64,000 bases of DNA from Isurus oxyrinchus (GCA_026770705.1 JANJGN010000007.1:96410001-96474000), one strand, 5' to 3'; shown: positions 37,836 to 51,851, counted from the first letter of the stretch. Program-made: numbers and translations. The notes: a model not told the origin generated them from the letters alone.

Positions 37836-39539
37836 TTAACAGCTTTAATTTATTGCCTAGCCATAATTTCCCTTGACAAGGCGGTGGTGAGCTACTTTCT
37901 TGAACCACTGCAGTCCATAGCCTACAGGTTCCTAACACGCCATCCATCATGAGTTCGGGAATGGGGACAGTTGTCTCTGATGCCGCTGTGTTTTGCACTA
38001 TTCACAAATCCTCAGTTACGGAAGATGTCCGTGCCGGCATGCAAAACGGTCTAGGCAAATTTGAGGCCCCTGCTGACAAGTAGAGATTTACATTTTCATG
38101 ACACAAGTGCCAGGCAATGAACATCTCCAAGTAGAGAGAACTTAGCCATCTCCCTTTGACCTTCAACAGCACTTTCCAAAGCTGGGGTCCCAGTATCACC
38201 GTGCTTCAGATCGCCAGAGATCTGAAAATTAATTGGACCAACCAGATATAGACTGTGGCTACAGGAGCAAGTCAGAGGTTAGGAATCCTGTGGTGAGTAA
38301 CTCACCTCCTGACTCGCCAAAGCCCCTTCACCATCTACAGGGCAAAAGTCAGGAGTATTATGGAATAGTCTCTACTTGCCTGGATGAGTACATCTCCCAC
38401 AACACTGAAGATGCTTGACACCATCCAGGACAAAGCAGCCCGCTTGATGGGCATACCATGATGCTAACTCAAAATGGAGTTAGCAGCTCAAAAAATTGAG
38501 CATCCATGATGTGTTGTCATGATCATGCTAACCAGGAATCTCCCGCTCTTTGCCCTTGGTGTATGTAGGAAGGAGTTGCAGGTCGATGCTCCACCTGTTT
38601 AGCCATCTTATGAACGCACCTTCCTTGGACATCAAGTTGCAGAGTGGGACTTAAACCCAGAGCTCTGGATCAGAGGAAGGGACGCTACCAGAAGACTCCA
38701 AACCCTTTGGCTTTAGTGAAAGGAAGTAGTATACGATGGACGGTTAATTTGATATCACCCATTTTACGTTATGGACAAAAGTTAAAAACAATACTCTTAT
38801 GCTTTTTAGTGCAGAGCAATTGCAATGGAAACGAGAATTTGGCGAGATATAAATTAAAAATGACCGTGCATTGAAATCCATGAAGCATGCGAAATCTACA
38901 CTGAAATAACCACATAGGCCTCCCCAATACTTCTTCTCCATCCTGGCAATCCAGTTCAGCCACTAAGCAGATAAAATATTTAATGTGTGTGTTTGCAGCT
39001 ATTAAACCAACTCATTTGAGTTCGGTTAGAATTAATCTTACCCCGAAGTATGAACATAAATCAGTAAACAAATCTATATTGAAAGGTGGTGCGTAAGAGC
39101 TACAGTTGCTAACAGCACTAAACGTTTCCATTATGCTGCAATGTGGTCGGTGATGGGTGCTAGAGAGATGCTCAGAACCTTCCACACGCAAGCAGCGAGA
39201 ATAGAATAAAGATTAGGCAATAACTATCAGTAAAACAGAAACCACATCCCAGTTGTGATATAAAGGTCAAATTAAGTGATAGCTAGCCGTGCACATAAAT
39301 GGTAAAATATACATTCATTGACCCTTTGGCTTCCTTAGATGAAGACAACTATTAATATCTATTCGGGTCTAATATGTTCGCACTTTAGACTGGTGACATT
39401 AATATTCGCGCCATTCGCAAACCGTTAGTTAAGTTGCAAATATCTGTGCCCCTTAACGAAGCCGTGATGGTTTTTATGTCCATATGCCTGTTCTGCAACA
39501 CAGCTACTTCTATTTATAAAGTGCCCGAACGTAGTCAAA

Positions 39540-40630
39540 TGTCCCAAGGCTTTTTACAAGAGTGGCATCAAACAAACATTTGACACTGAGTGGCACAAGG
39601 TGAAATTAGGGCATATGGTTAAAAACTTAACCAACTTACGGAGGGTCTTAAAGGACGAAAGGGAATTAGAGAGTCGTGGAAATTTAAGGATGGAATTCCT
39701 GAGCTTAGGACCCAGGCAGTCAAAGACAAGGCTACTGATAATAGAGCAATCAAGGTGCCAGAATTGAATTAGTACAGGTACCTGGAGGAGAGAACAGAGA
39801 TGGGGAGCAGTGAGGCCAGGGAGGGATTGGAAAATAAGGATAAACATTGTAAAATTGAGACATTGATAAATCAGAAAGTAATTTGGTCAGCGAGCACAGA
39901 GGCCATGGATGAATGGGTCTTGGTGTGAGAAATGACATGGGCAGCAGGGTTCCGAATGACCTCGAGTTTACAGAGGGTAGAATGTGCTAGAGTGGTCAGG
40001 AGTGTATGGTAATTGTGAAGTCTCGAGTGGGATGGCTGAGGGTTTCATCAGCAGATGAGCTGAATTTGGGACAGAGTTGTGAAATGTTATGGAAATAGAT
40101 GGTCTTCCTAATGCGATGGATATGTGGTCAGATGCTCATCTGTCGGTTAAGTATGACGCCAGGTTTGTGAAGAGTCTGGTTCAGCCTTAGAGAGTTGCCA
40201 GGGAAAATGGTGGAGTTGGTATCAATTGCATGAAGTTTGAAATCGGGACTGAACACAGTGGCTTCCATCTTCCAAATATTTAATCCAAGGCAATTTCTGC
40301 TCATCTAGTATTGGATGTCGGACAAGCACTCTTACTGTAGTGACATTGAAGGAGTTGGGAGAGGTAATGGTGAGGCTGAGCTGGACATTGTCAGCACACA
40401 TGTTAACATTAATGTCAAGCTTTTGGATAGCGTTGCTGACGGGTAACATAGAGGCCAAAATAGAGCGGAGTCAAGGGTAGATCCTGGGAGGCACCAAGGA
40501 AAGAACAGCCAATGCAGGCGATATTCTAGCTACGACTATATGGTTAAGAATGGAACCAGGCAAGTACAGTCCACACAGGCAGACACAGTGCAGAAACATT
40601 GGAGGAAGACGATGTAGTCAACCATGTCAA
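39540..40630 (-). mobile_element. Decayed L2-like LINE
   Basis: RT remnant MCADNVQL (YADD-like) and L2-type 3' end LSSFKTLRK. Confidence 0.6.
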
Positions 40631-40899
40631 AGGACTTTCTACACTTCCGCAATGGCGCTTCGAACGTACTTTAACAAAGTGATTTTTTGGAGGGGGAGGC
40701 GGGGCCGGCTTTCGTGCCTTGAAAAGCTCTCTTTTTTTCGTCCTGATAGTTCTCTATGTTTCTTCAACCTTAATGGATTGCACCAAAAGCCTCGGCATTG
40801 GCCTAGTTTTTTAAAAAAAAAAATCGTAATCGCTTTCCTTGCTCGTTCTCCTTATGAACTCTGCACAAAGTCAGGAAGCACTTTCGTATGTTCCCCTGG

Positions 40900-41530
40900 T
40901 CTGTAGTGATCTAGCTCCTCTTGAACTGGTGCGAAAACACTTTGAAAGCAAACCCACGTCCTGCAGATAAGACCCACAACCATAATTAGAGCTCAGTGAA
41001 ATGCAAGGGCCTCCCAGGGCTACCAGGCCCGAAGTGTGCCCACATGCAGTATTGACCAGAACATCAAATAATGCCATCCTCGTGTTTCTTGGCCAGTGTT
41101 TCAAGCAACCGCCTTCCCATGACCGCTATATCCTTCGCTGGATTAGGCCTGTTATTGGTTAAGAGTACATTTTACAAATAACACTTTCCGCCACGCGATG
41201 CATGTTTAATGGGACAGCCTGAAAAATAGAGGGATTCCAAATGTTGATGGGGACTCATGATTTACGCAGGAGTGCTTGTTACTTATGTCTTAATGGTCCT
41301 GTTATGAATCAATGACGAATGGCTAAATACCATTACAACAGCCAATCAGGGCAGCTGCGTTAATGACACTTTGGATAACCAAGACTTTGTTACTTCGGCC
41401 AAGGAGGGATCTTTTCCCAGAATTGTTTGACAAAGTGGCCAAACTAGACTCTGCAGGGGTCACGGGCAACATCTTGTTCTGTTTTACTGAAAGACTTTGT
41501 TCCGAGGAAGTATATTTTTGAAAAAAAATG
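40900..41530 (-). mobile_element. Possible decayed PIF/Harbinger (ISL2EU-like) transposase remnant
   Basis: Fragments KMLPVTPAESSLATLSNNSGKRS, GIPLFSG and HRVAESVICKM fall in the order of the DDE-domain motifs. Highly degenerate. Confidence 0.3.
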
Positions 41531-41787
41531 TTGTACTCTGGATCTGTTTGTTCAACAAATTTTATTTTATCTCTTCCAGTGAAGTTAATAGAATGATTTG
41601 TATGGCCCATTTCATTTTACATGTTGTCGCGCTCATTTCATGATGTTCGTATTGAAAAACGAAGACATTCTGGTTCAATAGCACAACCCAGTCAACCCTA
41701 GCTGTCCCCTGGGTTCGGAATATATAACGAGCACTAACTGGTTTATCTTGTTTGCACAACCGAATGTATAATCAGAGAGCCTAGACC

Positions 41788-43620
41788 AAGAACATAACAA
41801 GAGGTAGGAGCAGGAGTAGACCCTAAGACCCTTGTAGCCGGCTACGCCATTCAATATGATCATGACTGACATTGGGCTTCAATTCAACTTTCCCGCCGTC
41901 TCCTCCATATTCCTTGATTCCCTAAGAGGCGAATTATGTGTACATCCCAGCCTTAAATATAGCAACGATAGAGCATCCACAGTCCTCGGAGTAGAGAATC
42001 TCAAAGATTCAGAACCCAGCAGAATTAATCTTTCAGTGCCTACCATGTCAAGCCCCTTCAGGACCTTGTGCTTTTCAATGAGATCACCGCTCATTCTGCT
42101 AGCTCGAAAGAATAAAAGTTCAATTAATGCAGCCTCACATCATAGGACAATCTCTTCAACCCAGGGGTCTTCAAGGCATTACAACCAATGCAAGTCCCTT
42201 AAATATAGAGGCCGAAACTGCACACAGTGCACTAGGTATGATCTCACTATAGCCCTTTGCAATTGTTGCAAGATTTCCTTATTCATGTGCTCCATTTCCA
42301 ATGCAATAAAGGCCAACATGCTATTTGTTCCTTGTACGAGCACACACAGATATCTGAACTTCAACATTTATAAATTTCAAGCCTTTTAAAAATATTCTGC
42401 TTTTCTACTATTTTGACCAAAGTGAATGACCTCACACTTCTGCACATTGTACTGCACCTGCCACCTTGTTTCCCGCTTACTTAACCTGTCTGTATCTCTT
42501 TTTAGCCTCTCCATTTATCCCTCGCAACTTACATTTTCATCCAGGTTTATATCATCAGCAAACTTGGATACATTACTCTGTGTTTCTTCATCTGAGTCAT
42601 TAATATAGGTTGTAATTAACTGAAGCATCAGCACTAATCTTTGTGACACTCCATGAGACATTACCTACCAACTTGTAAATACCCAATTTACGCCTATTCT
42701 TTGCTCCCTGTCCATTAACCAACCCTCTATCTATGCTAACATATTACCCCCAACTTCGTGACTACATGAACCCTTGTCTTGCCTGTTAAACCTTTATGCG
42801 CCACCTTCTGGAATTTCTTTGGAAATTCAAGTATACGACATCTACTGGTTTCCCTTTATCTACCCGATTAGTTACATCTTTAAAAAAATCATCAATTTGT
42901 CAATTTTTCCCTTTAGTAAAACCATGTTGACTTTGGCTGATCATACAATACTTTTCTAAGTACATTGTTAAGGCTTCCTTCATAATAAATTCCAGTTCTT
43001 CCCAGATGATTGATGTCAGGCGTTTGCTCTGATGTTCCGATTGTCTCTCTCGCTCTCCTTTCTTGGATAGTGCTGTCATATTTGCTTACTTCCAATCTGC
43101 TGTTACCATTCCAGAATCTACAGAAGCTTGAAAACTCATAGCCAGTGCACCCACTATCCTTGAAGCTATGATTTTTAAAGCCTTTTGATGTAGGTCACCA
43201 GGTCCAGATTTGAATCCATTAAAGTTTCCCAAATACTTATTCTCTGTTGTTATTAATAGCCTTAAATTCCTCACACATTTTTTACCCTCTTTTCCAGGTA
43301 TGTCGCTCGTGTTTTCTACTGTGCATACAGGCAACTACATATTTATTCAATGCATCTGCCATTTTCACATTTCCTATAATAATTTTTCCTGCCTCTACTT
43401 TTAAGGGCCCAACGTTTACTTTAGCTACTCTCTTCCACTTTTAAAAGCACGTACAGCCTGCTTTCATATTCTTGGCTGGTTTGCTCTTATATTCCATTTC
43501 CCCATTTAAATCAAGGTTTTAATGCCCCTTTGTTGGTTTCTAAAACATTTCCAGTCGTCAGACTTACTGCTATTCTCTGCAACATTATAAGTCTTTTTTT
43601 ATTCGAGTACTTAACTTGCT
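41788..43620 (-). mobile_element. Decayed CR1 LINE
   Basis: SGPGDLHQKALK...SVDSGMVTADWK, IVRSYLVHCVQF and the CR1 3'UTR. Confidence 0.8.
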
Positions 43621-44364
43621 GAGTGAGCAATGGCTGGATTTTTTCACTTTTCTGTTTTTCAATGGAATTTATTTTTGTTGAAGGTTTTGACATTTCTGCA
43701 AACAACACACTGTTTGTATGTTTATGTTCATAAATAATCTGTAAATTTAAGCTTACAACAACTGCAACGTGCAAGTGTATCAGGAAAGAATATGATAGGC
43801 ATTTACTTTACCCAAACACGCACTTACTATTGGATTTATTATATAGTGCATTAATAATACATATTATGAAATAAGGAACTCAAAAAACCACACCCATGTT
43901 ATATAATCCATTATATATCTTTCATGCCTGCATACTAACACTCGGATAACAGTGATACACTTGAAAATAAGTTACAGCGAAATGTATAATAACAACGTAA
44001 CAATTGCCAAGGGCCAGCAAAGGCCTTTTGAGCTCGTCATTCCAATATACCATCATCGATACACATTTACAACCCATCTAAAAGTTTTGATTCTTTTGCC
44101 CCTGTTGAAGAAATAATGCATCTTCTGAGTAACGTAAAAACTACATTTCAGAATCCATTTTATGTTCAAATATGGAAATATTCGTAATTGTTTAGTGATT
44201 CCTTGTCCTCTGGTACTACTAATTGGATTTCCTTTTATATTCTGCATTCACCTATCTTTGAAAAAATGCATTTTTTGTTTGGGTACAGACTGTAAAAACA
44301 AATCAAGGAAATAGCACCAGAACAAAAGCAACCACTTAAATATATAGAGTACGTTTAACGTAAT

Positions 44365-45490
44365 GGAATACCTGAAAGGTGCTTCACTAAACCTTTAGAA
44401 AACAAATAATGACAGCCAGCCACATAAGGAGATATGAGGTCAAATGAGTAAAATTTAGTCAAAGAGGTTGATTTGAAGGAGTGCCTTAAAGGGTGTAGGT
44501 GAGGTGTAGAGAAGGAATTCCATAGCTTCGACCTAAGCAACTGAACCCCTACTGCTGATGGAGCAATTATAACTGGTATTGCACAATACATTGGAATTAG
44601 AGGATCGCGGATGCCTGGGAGGATTGTGGGAAATTACAGAGGTATGTAAGAGGAATGCCAAGGAGGGATTTGGACACAAAGATGAGAATCTTAAATCGAG
44701 AAACTAGGAGCCAATGTAACTCAGCCACTACAGGGTGATAGGAGAACAGTTCTGCTGCAAGTTGCCACGTGGAAGCCTTGTTTTGGATGACCCCAAGTTT
44801 ACAGAGGGTGGGATGTGGGCGAGCAGGCAGAATCGGGAAGTCCAGTCTAGAGTTATTGAAGGCATTATTGAGTATGTCAGATGAGCTGAGACAAGGGCGA
44901 GTTCAGGCGATGTTTGGCAGGTGTAAATAGTTGGTCTAAGTGATGGCATGAGTCTGAGGTCATCAGTTCATCCCAGAGTCAAATGTGTCACCAAGGATGT
45001 GAAGAGACTGCTTAATCTCAGACTGTTGCTGGGGTAATCATAGATTCAGGAACTATGGAACACAGTTTGGAGAAGGAACTTTAAAAATGGCTTCAATCTT
45101 CCCTATATTTAATTGGTGAAAATTTCTGCTCATCCAGTGCCGGATGTTAGATAAGCAGTCTGATCATTAAACAATAGTGGAGGAGATGAGAGAGCTGGTG
45201 GCGAGGTAGTTTGGTAGCATCAGCACATGTGACTAACACTGTATATCCTGATATCCCTGAGGGGTCGTATGTAGATGAAATTTAGGAGGGATCTGGAAAA
45301 TATCCTTGGGGGCAATGGTGCAGGAGCTGGAAGAGAAGCGATTGAAGGTGACTCCCTGGCGACGAATACATATGTAAGGATGGAACCACGGGAGGGCAGT
45401 CTCATCCAGCTGGATAACATGGAGAGGTGTTGGAGGAGGATGGTATGACGAGAAGGATGAGGAGGGAAAGCTTCTCTTTGTCACGGTCAT
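44365..45490 (-). mobile_element. Decayed L2-like LINE
   Basis: Colinear similarity to 39540-40630 (aatttctgctcatccagt, tggcttc...cttcc). Confidence 0.6.
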
Positions 45491-46814
45491 TTGGTATGTC
45501 AGCACGAGAGTGGAAAACATAACTAAGCGAGTGAATAGTTTCTCTTCTGATTCTACTTGCTGCATTTACTTTAAATTGTGTACTTACTTTATCTGCAGTT
45601 TTTGAAATGTTATGTAGACGCTGTAAGTCCACAAGTTAACTGTCAAAAGTATTGCCGTTCGGCATTCAATGTTATTTCCACCTGGTGTCTCATGAGAAAT
45701 TATCCTATTGCACTATCACTATTTGCAGAAGAACAACAAAGCTCTCCTCGGGTCCTGGCCAAATGGATCAAAGAACATCACTGACAGAGTTATCTGATCC
45801 CTCTTCCAATGATTGTGGAATCCTGTTGTGCTTTTTTGCCAATCCCAATTGCCCTTGCTGACAATAGTAATTACATTGAAAAATTACTTCCCTGCGAGGC
45901 GGTGTGGGACGAGTTGTGTTTCCAGACAGCGAAGTATAAACCTTGCTTTATTCGCTGATTCTTCCTGGCTCATTTATTGCTCCTTGATATTATTTTTGTT
46001 TCAACACAATCTAGCCCTTAAATCCAGATGTGAATAGAAAAGGAAATTAAGCCGAGAGCAGAACCTGTTGCCTATTCCCTACCGCCCGTTTCGCGCTACC
46101 GGGGAATTTGTATCTCCCGCAAAAATTCCTGTTTTTACCAATATTCGAGAAACTCGATTATTGGTTCCTGACCGACCACAGGGCTCCGATTAAGGATTAT
46201 CTTGTCAATGCGAAAACAACACTAAATCCAACCCTTTCCAAAGCTGCACAAAATTCAGACAGCAGAAACAGCAAATACAAATATGAACACGAATCAGATG
46301 CCTGGTCCTCGACGGCTGGGGCCTGTTTGAGCAGAACTTGAGTTTTTGCAACCTATTTCATCCGCACCTTCTTCAATAGGGTGAAGGGTAGCGACCGCTT
46401 CTAAGTTAATGCTTGTCGCCTATTCTTAAAAACTGGTATCTTACACCTTTCTCCCAGAGCTGCTGTTGTTACTTTGTCCGTTGTTGATGTCATGGTAATT
46501 GGCTTTTAGTGAGATATACACAGAAATAAAAAGGGTTCCGTATTAGGACACCAGTATCACGTGGCTCTTGGTTCCGTGTACATGATGTCAATTATTTGTT
46601 TTCCCACCTTTAACTGAGCATACTCTGTGCTCTTATCCTTATAGTGAGGCTTTACTGTTTTCTTTGGCCCTGTCATATCCAGAGCAGCGTAGGTCAGCTG
46701 AGTGTCGGGTAGTCTTTGCTTGGCCTGTGAAAACAATGTTTGGGATTATAATTAGTTCGATATTTTACATGTCTGTAGTCTAAGGTTAAGCACAGTCATT
46801 GGGACCAAAAATAA

Positions 46815-47245
46815 ATTCTTGCATTTATATGGCGCTTTTCACGACCTCAAGCCATCCCAAAGCGTTTTACGGTCAAGCCAACACCTGTGGTGCAGTTAGC
46901 CAATGTTGTAATTTGGGAAACACGGCAGCCAATCTGGTAACAGCAAGCTCCCACAGACAGCAATATGGTAATAATAACCTGTTTCTGCGATGATGACTAA
47001 AGGATAAACATTGACAAGGACACCAAGGATAACGCCCCTTCGAAATCCTGACAGGGGATCAACTTTTGAAGATTAACACGGTCTCAGTCGAACATCCATC
47101 TGAAAGACGGCACATCGGACATTGCAGACTTGCCTCATGACTGCACAGGAGGATTAACGTATATACTTGGTGCTTAAGCCTCCGGATGAGCTATGTCCCA
47201 CAACCTTATTACCCCGAGGCCAAACTGAGTTCCGGCTGACATAAT
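46815..47245 (-). mobile_element. Deu-domain SINE overlapping the end of gene A exon 6
   Basis: Deu core and 3' tail gcgccatataaatgcaag on the minus strand, with a degenerate tRNA-like head near 47240. Confidence 0.65.
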
Positions 47246-47471
47246 AGCGAGAGCCTCGCAGAATCAGTGTTAAAGACAACAGAGCACCCAAGTGTATGAA
47301 AGCTATTTTTAAGGTGTTAATGACAGATATTCGGTATTTCTCTGTTCGGCTCTTCAAACCTACCTCCATATAAACTGTACTGTCTTGACGTTTAGGCCTT
47401 GGGGCTTTCTGGGAATTAGTCGTATCGAGTGCAGCATAAAGCGCCAACATTTCGGCATCACCTTGAATGGA
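47154..47471 (-). CDS. Gene A exon 6: cytoplasmic exon with ALYAAL (ITIM-like) and TVYMEV (ITSM)
   Basis: Acceptor ttgtctttcag|TCC in phase 0, in frame with ORF 47154..47450. The 3' end is uncertain because of a possible donor GAG|gtaggt at 47364/47363. Confidence 0.72.
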   Translation of the reverse strand, partial: SIQGDAEMLALYAALDTTNSQKAPRPKRQDSTVYMEVGLKSRTEKYRISVINTLKIAFIHLGALLSLTLILRGSRYYVSRNSVWPRGNKVVGHSSSGGLSTKYIR

Positions 47472-47940
47472 CTGAAAGACAATAAAGAAATTTTGTCATG
47501 TTGCTAGGACAGATATTCTCGGCCGATCGCTCTTTGTGAAGCCCGATGCGCGTTGCCCCGAAAACGGCAGCTCCAGGGTGCACCCATTGAATGAACAGAT
47601 AGCATATCATTCACTGCTGCCCGCTGCATCCCGGCCTGAGCTCCATATCTGCGGCACCAGCCTCCAGTGGGCGGACTGAGTCTTAGGAACAAAGATAGTA
47701 TCCAACTGTGGGAGAAGATAGGAACATTGGAACAGGAGAAGGCCATTCAGCTTATCGAGCCTGCTTCGCCATTCAATAGGATCATGGCTGATCAAACACT
47801 TCAATGCATTTACCCACACGATCCCCATAACCCTTTGCGTTACTGTTAATCAGAAATCTATCAATCTCTACCTTAAACACACAATGACTGAGCTTCTACA
47901 GCCCTCTGGGGCAGAGAATTCCAAAGATTCACAACCCTCT

Positions 47941-49710
47941 GTTGAACTCAAGTCCGGAAGGCTGTAAGGTGCCTAGGCGGAAGATGAGGTGCTGTTCCTC
48001 CAGATTGCTTTGGAATTCACTTCAACATTGCAGCAGGCCAAGGACGGACATGTTGGCATGAGAGCACGGTGATGTGTTGAAATGGCAAGCGGCAGGAAGG
48101 TCTGGGTCATGCTTGTGGACAGTCTGGAGGTGTTCCGCAAAGTGGTCACCCAGACTGCGTTTGGTCACCCTATTGTAGAGGAGACCACATTAGGAGCAGC
48201 GAATGCAATAGACCAAATTGAAGGAGGTATAAGTGAAGCGCTGCTTCACCTGAAAGGAGTATTTGGGCCCTTAGACAGTGGGGACGGAGGAGGTAAAGGG
48301 GCAGGTGCTGTACTTCCTGTGATTCCATGTGGAGGTGCCATGGGCACGGGATGAGGTGTTGGGGGTGATGGAGGAGTGGTCCAGGGAGTCCTGGAGGGAA
48401 TGGTCCCGACGGAATGTGACGGGGAAGGTGAAAGGCAGATGTGTTTGGTGGAGGTATCATGCTGGATTTTCCGGAAATGGCGGAGGATGATCTTTTGAAT
48501 GCAGAGACTGGGCAAAAAGTGAGGACAAGGGCTACCCTGTCACGCTTCTGGGACAGAGGGGAATGCATGGGCAGAGGTGCGGGTGATGGGTCGGAAAGGC
48601 TGAGGGCCCTGTCAACAACTGTGCGGAGGAAACCTTGGTTAAGGAAGAAGGAAGATATGTCAGAGGAACTGTTTTGGAAAGTGGCATCATCAGAACAGAT
48701 GCGATGGAGGTGAAGGAACTGAGAGAATGGGATGGAGTCCTTACAGGAAGCGAGGTGTGAGGAACTGTAGTCAAAGTGGCTGTGGGACTCAGTGGGATTG
48801 AAGTGAATATTGGTGGACAGTCTATCACAAGAAATGGAGGCAGAGAGGTCAAGGAAGGGAAGGGAAGTGTCAGAGATGGACGATGGGAAGGTTAGAGGGT
48901 TGGAAATTGGATGCAAAATTGATACATTTTTCCATGTCCAGTTGAGAGCATGAAGCTGCACCGAAACAGTCATCAATGTACTGGAGAAAGAGTTGTGGGA
49001 GGGAGTCTGAGTGGGACTGTGATAAGGAATGTTCTCCATACCCTTTAAAGAGACAGGCATAACTGGGACCCATGCAGGTACCCATAGCCACACCTTTCAT
49101 TTGGAGGAACTGAGACGAGTTGAAGGAGAAATTGTTTAGTAAGGGAACAAGTTCTGCCAGATGGAGAGTGGTGGTAGCTGGGATTATTCGTGCCTCTCTT
49201 CAAAGAAAAAGCGGAGAGCCCTCAGATCATTCTGGTGGGGGATGGAGGTGTAATGGGATTGGACGTCCATGGTGAAGGGGGTGGTTAGGGCCAGGGAACT
49301 GGAATTTGTTAAAATGACGTCAGAGGAATCGCAGATGTAGGTTGGAAAGGACTGGAAATGAGGAGAAAGAACGGAATCAAGATAGGAAGAAATGAGTTCT
49401 ATGGGGCAGGAGCAGGCTGACATGATTGGTCTGCCAGGACAGTCCTGTTTGTGGATTTTGGGGAGGGGGTAGAAGTGGGCTGTCCGACGTTGGGAGACTA
49501 TGAGCTTGGAAGCTACAGAGGGAAGATCTCCAGAAGAGATGAGGTCAGTGACAGTCCTGGAAAAAATGGCTTGATGTTCGGTGATGGGGTCATGGTCCAG
49601 GGGGAGGTAGGAAGAAGTGTCTGTGAGTTGGTGCTCAGACACTGCGAGGTAGAGGTCAGTATGCCAGAAACCAACAGCACCACCCTTATTGGCAGGTTTG
49701 ATGACAGTCA
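47941..49710 (-). mobile_element. Penelope-like retroelement, broken RT + GIY-YIG ORF, in gene A intron 5
   Basis: IKPANKGGAV, LPKIHKQDCPGRPI, KGVAMGTCMGPSYACLF, LQYIDDCFG and SCKDSIPFSQFL motifs. Confidence 0.92.
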
Positions 49711-50947
49711 CACTTATGTTACAACAGAAATAGGAAAATAATTTAGATAATTTTATGAAATTGGGCTTCAGGCATAATTAGAAAATTTCTGCATCAATTA
49801 TAGGCTGGCTGGAACTGAATTAGCACAGCGTGACAGAAAGGAGCCTAGCCAGTTATCAAATCACTTCTAATGTTCAGACACTACCATGTGGAAGGACAAG
49901 GGCAGAAGATAACTGGGAACACCACCGCATGGAAGTCCCCTCCAAGTCACTCACCATCCTGACTTGCAAATATATCACAGTTCCTGGAACTCTCTCCGTA
50001 ACAGCACTGTGGGTGTACCTGCACCACATGGTACAGAGGCTCAAGAAGGCAGATCACCACGACCATCTGAAGGGCAATTAGGGATGGGCAACAAATGCTG
50101 GCCCAGCCAGCAACGCCCACATCCCATGAATGAATTTTAAAAAATGGATAGATGAGGCGACTGAAGGGACTGTCAATTTCTCGGCCCTTTGCCATTGTGG
50201 TTTTTCATATTGCAGCAAATTCATCCAAAGTTCCACTTCCATGGCCTGGGCACATGCGGAAACAATAAATAGCAACCTGGCATCTTCAGCTCGTGACATT
50301 CTGCAGGATTTTGTACAAACTCTCAAGCTACGGGGGCGCTAGCAAGGCCAGCATTTATAGTGTAATCCTGGATGCCTTGAGACAGTGGTAGTTGATATGC
50401 CAGGATATTTCAGAAGGAAGTTAGGAGTTAGCTCAAGGTGTGGGCTAGAGTCAAGGACAGGCTGTTCAAAGATAGCAAATGTGCTTCGTTGTCAGACATT
50501 AATGGACTAGTTGGAGTTTTAAGGGAATCCAACAACTTCATGGTCATTTTTGCTGCTATTGTATTTTGCTTAGATAGGTTTTTGAACCTGGATTCAAAAT
50601 ACCTTGGATTTGAAATCCAGTGCTCTGGTTTAGAATTAGCTAATGCACATTGTTCCCTGTGTACAGGAGAATAAAACAGTCTTATTTTCACTATTCATTA
50701 CAATCGAAGTTAAGTTTTATGCAATATGCTTATTGACAACAGCAGATGGCAGCTACAATTCAGTGCCTCTGATCTGTTGACAATGATTGTTACCAGAGCA
50801 CAAGTGCTGAATTCACATTGTGTTATTTCGGATGAATTTGTGCAGCATTGCAATAGAACATGAAAACTTAGTGTGGTTAATAGATTACATCACCGTTGCG
50901 CATATGTTTGCATCTGAGATACATTAGAATGGATTGTGGAAACATAC

Positions 50948-50991
50948 CTGCAGTACGGGGTAATCGGATTTTTCACCATTCTTCTGCTCAC
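50948..50991 (-). CDS. Gene A exon 5: cytoplasmic exon 1 (GEQKNGEKSDYPVLQ, ITIM SDYPVL)
   Basis: 44 nt, phase 1 to 0, ttcttattag| and CAG|gtatgt. The phases link the TM exon to the last exon. Confidence 0.75.
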
Positions 50992-51625
50992 CTAATAAGA
51001 AATGAAATTTAAGACTTTACAGTAAGCTTTTACTCAGCTTCTAAACACACGTTGGGAGATCCAATTTAAAGTATAGCATGGCCTAGGTGTCACGTTTGGA
51101 ATGGTTACCGTCCAATCAGTTTTTGGTAATAGGGATTGGATTGTTGTGCCGCTGGCCGAGCAGCGAGAGTCTGATTCGGAAATCGCGTGGGCAGAAAAAA
51201 GAACTTCACGCCCAGAGACCCTAATGATGTAAAATTGCAGACAACGAAAGGAGACTTTGCAACAAAGCACTGGCCGAGTGCAAGGCTCTGGTGGGGTCTG
51301 AGGAGGGAATTTGGAAAATTCCAACCGACTTAAAAATTCAAATCCACCGCTACATCGATATAGATAAAACACATATGCAATAAATCAGTGTTGACATCTG
51401 AGTAAGTGAAGCCGACAGGAGTGATTGTGAAAGGCTGCATGTATTTTAAATTTCAGGAAAATCTGCTCTGATCAGTTATGGCCTCTGTTCCTGGTAGACA
51501 GGCTATTGTTTGAACAGATCAGTTGCAATCAACGAACTTACTCTACATTTAAGGCTTTTTCTTTCGCACGCTCTCTCTCTTTAAAAGTTCTGTTTACTTT
51601 AGTAAGAAGGAGAAAGTATTCTTAC

Positions 51626-51736
51626 CGTGATTTTTCTTTGTGACACAACGCTTCGCAATAAAGAGTCCCAGTACCAATAATACGAACCCGCCTCCTGCAG
51701 AGGCAGAAATCAGCAAGAAGCTGGTGATCTGAGCAC
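51626..51736 (-). CDS. Gene A exon 4: transmembrane exon
   Basis: 111 nt, phase 1/1, cttctag| and CACG|gtaaga. GAQITSFLLISASAGGGFVLLVLGLFIAKRCVTKKNH: an uncharged hydrophobic span followed by basic stop-transfer residues. Confidence 0.88.
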
Positions 51737-51851
51737 CTAGAAGATCGAAGTGAAGTGTATAAATAAAAAAAACTCTATGCTGTTCAATTCAATAAAACCA
51801 TGACCAAAATCATAAGAAATCTACAACTTTTCCAGTAATTTGTGTTAATGT

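Noticed and set aside
46260-46510. Additional terminal exons of gene A
   Set aside because: Weak splice sites, no signalling motif and no paralogous support.
48170-49093. Longest ORF (307 aa) as a host gene
   Set aside because: It is a frameshifted Penelope-like RT/endonuclease remnant.
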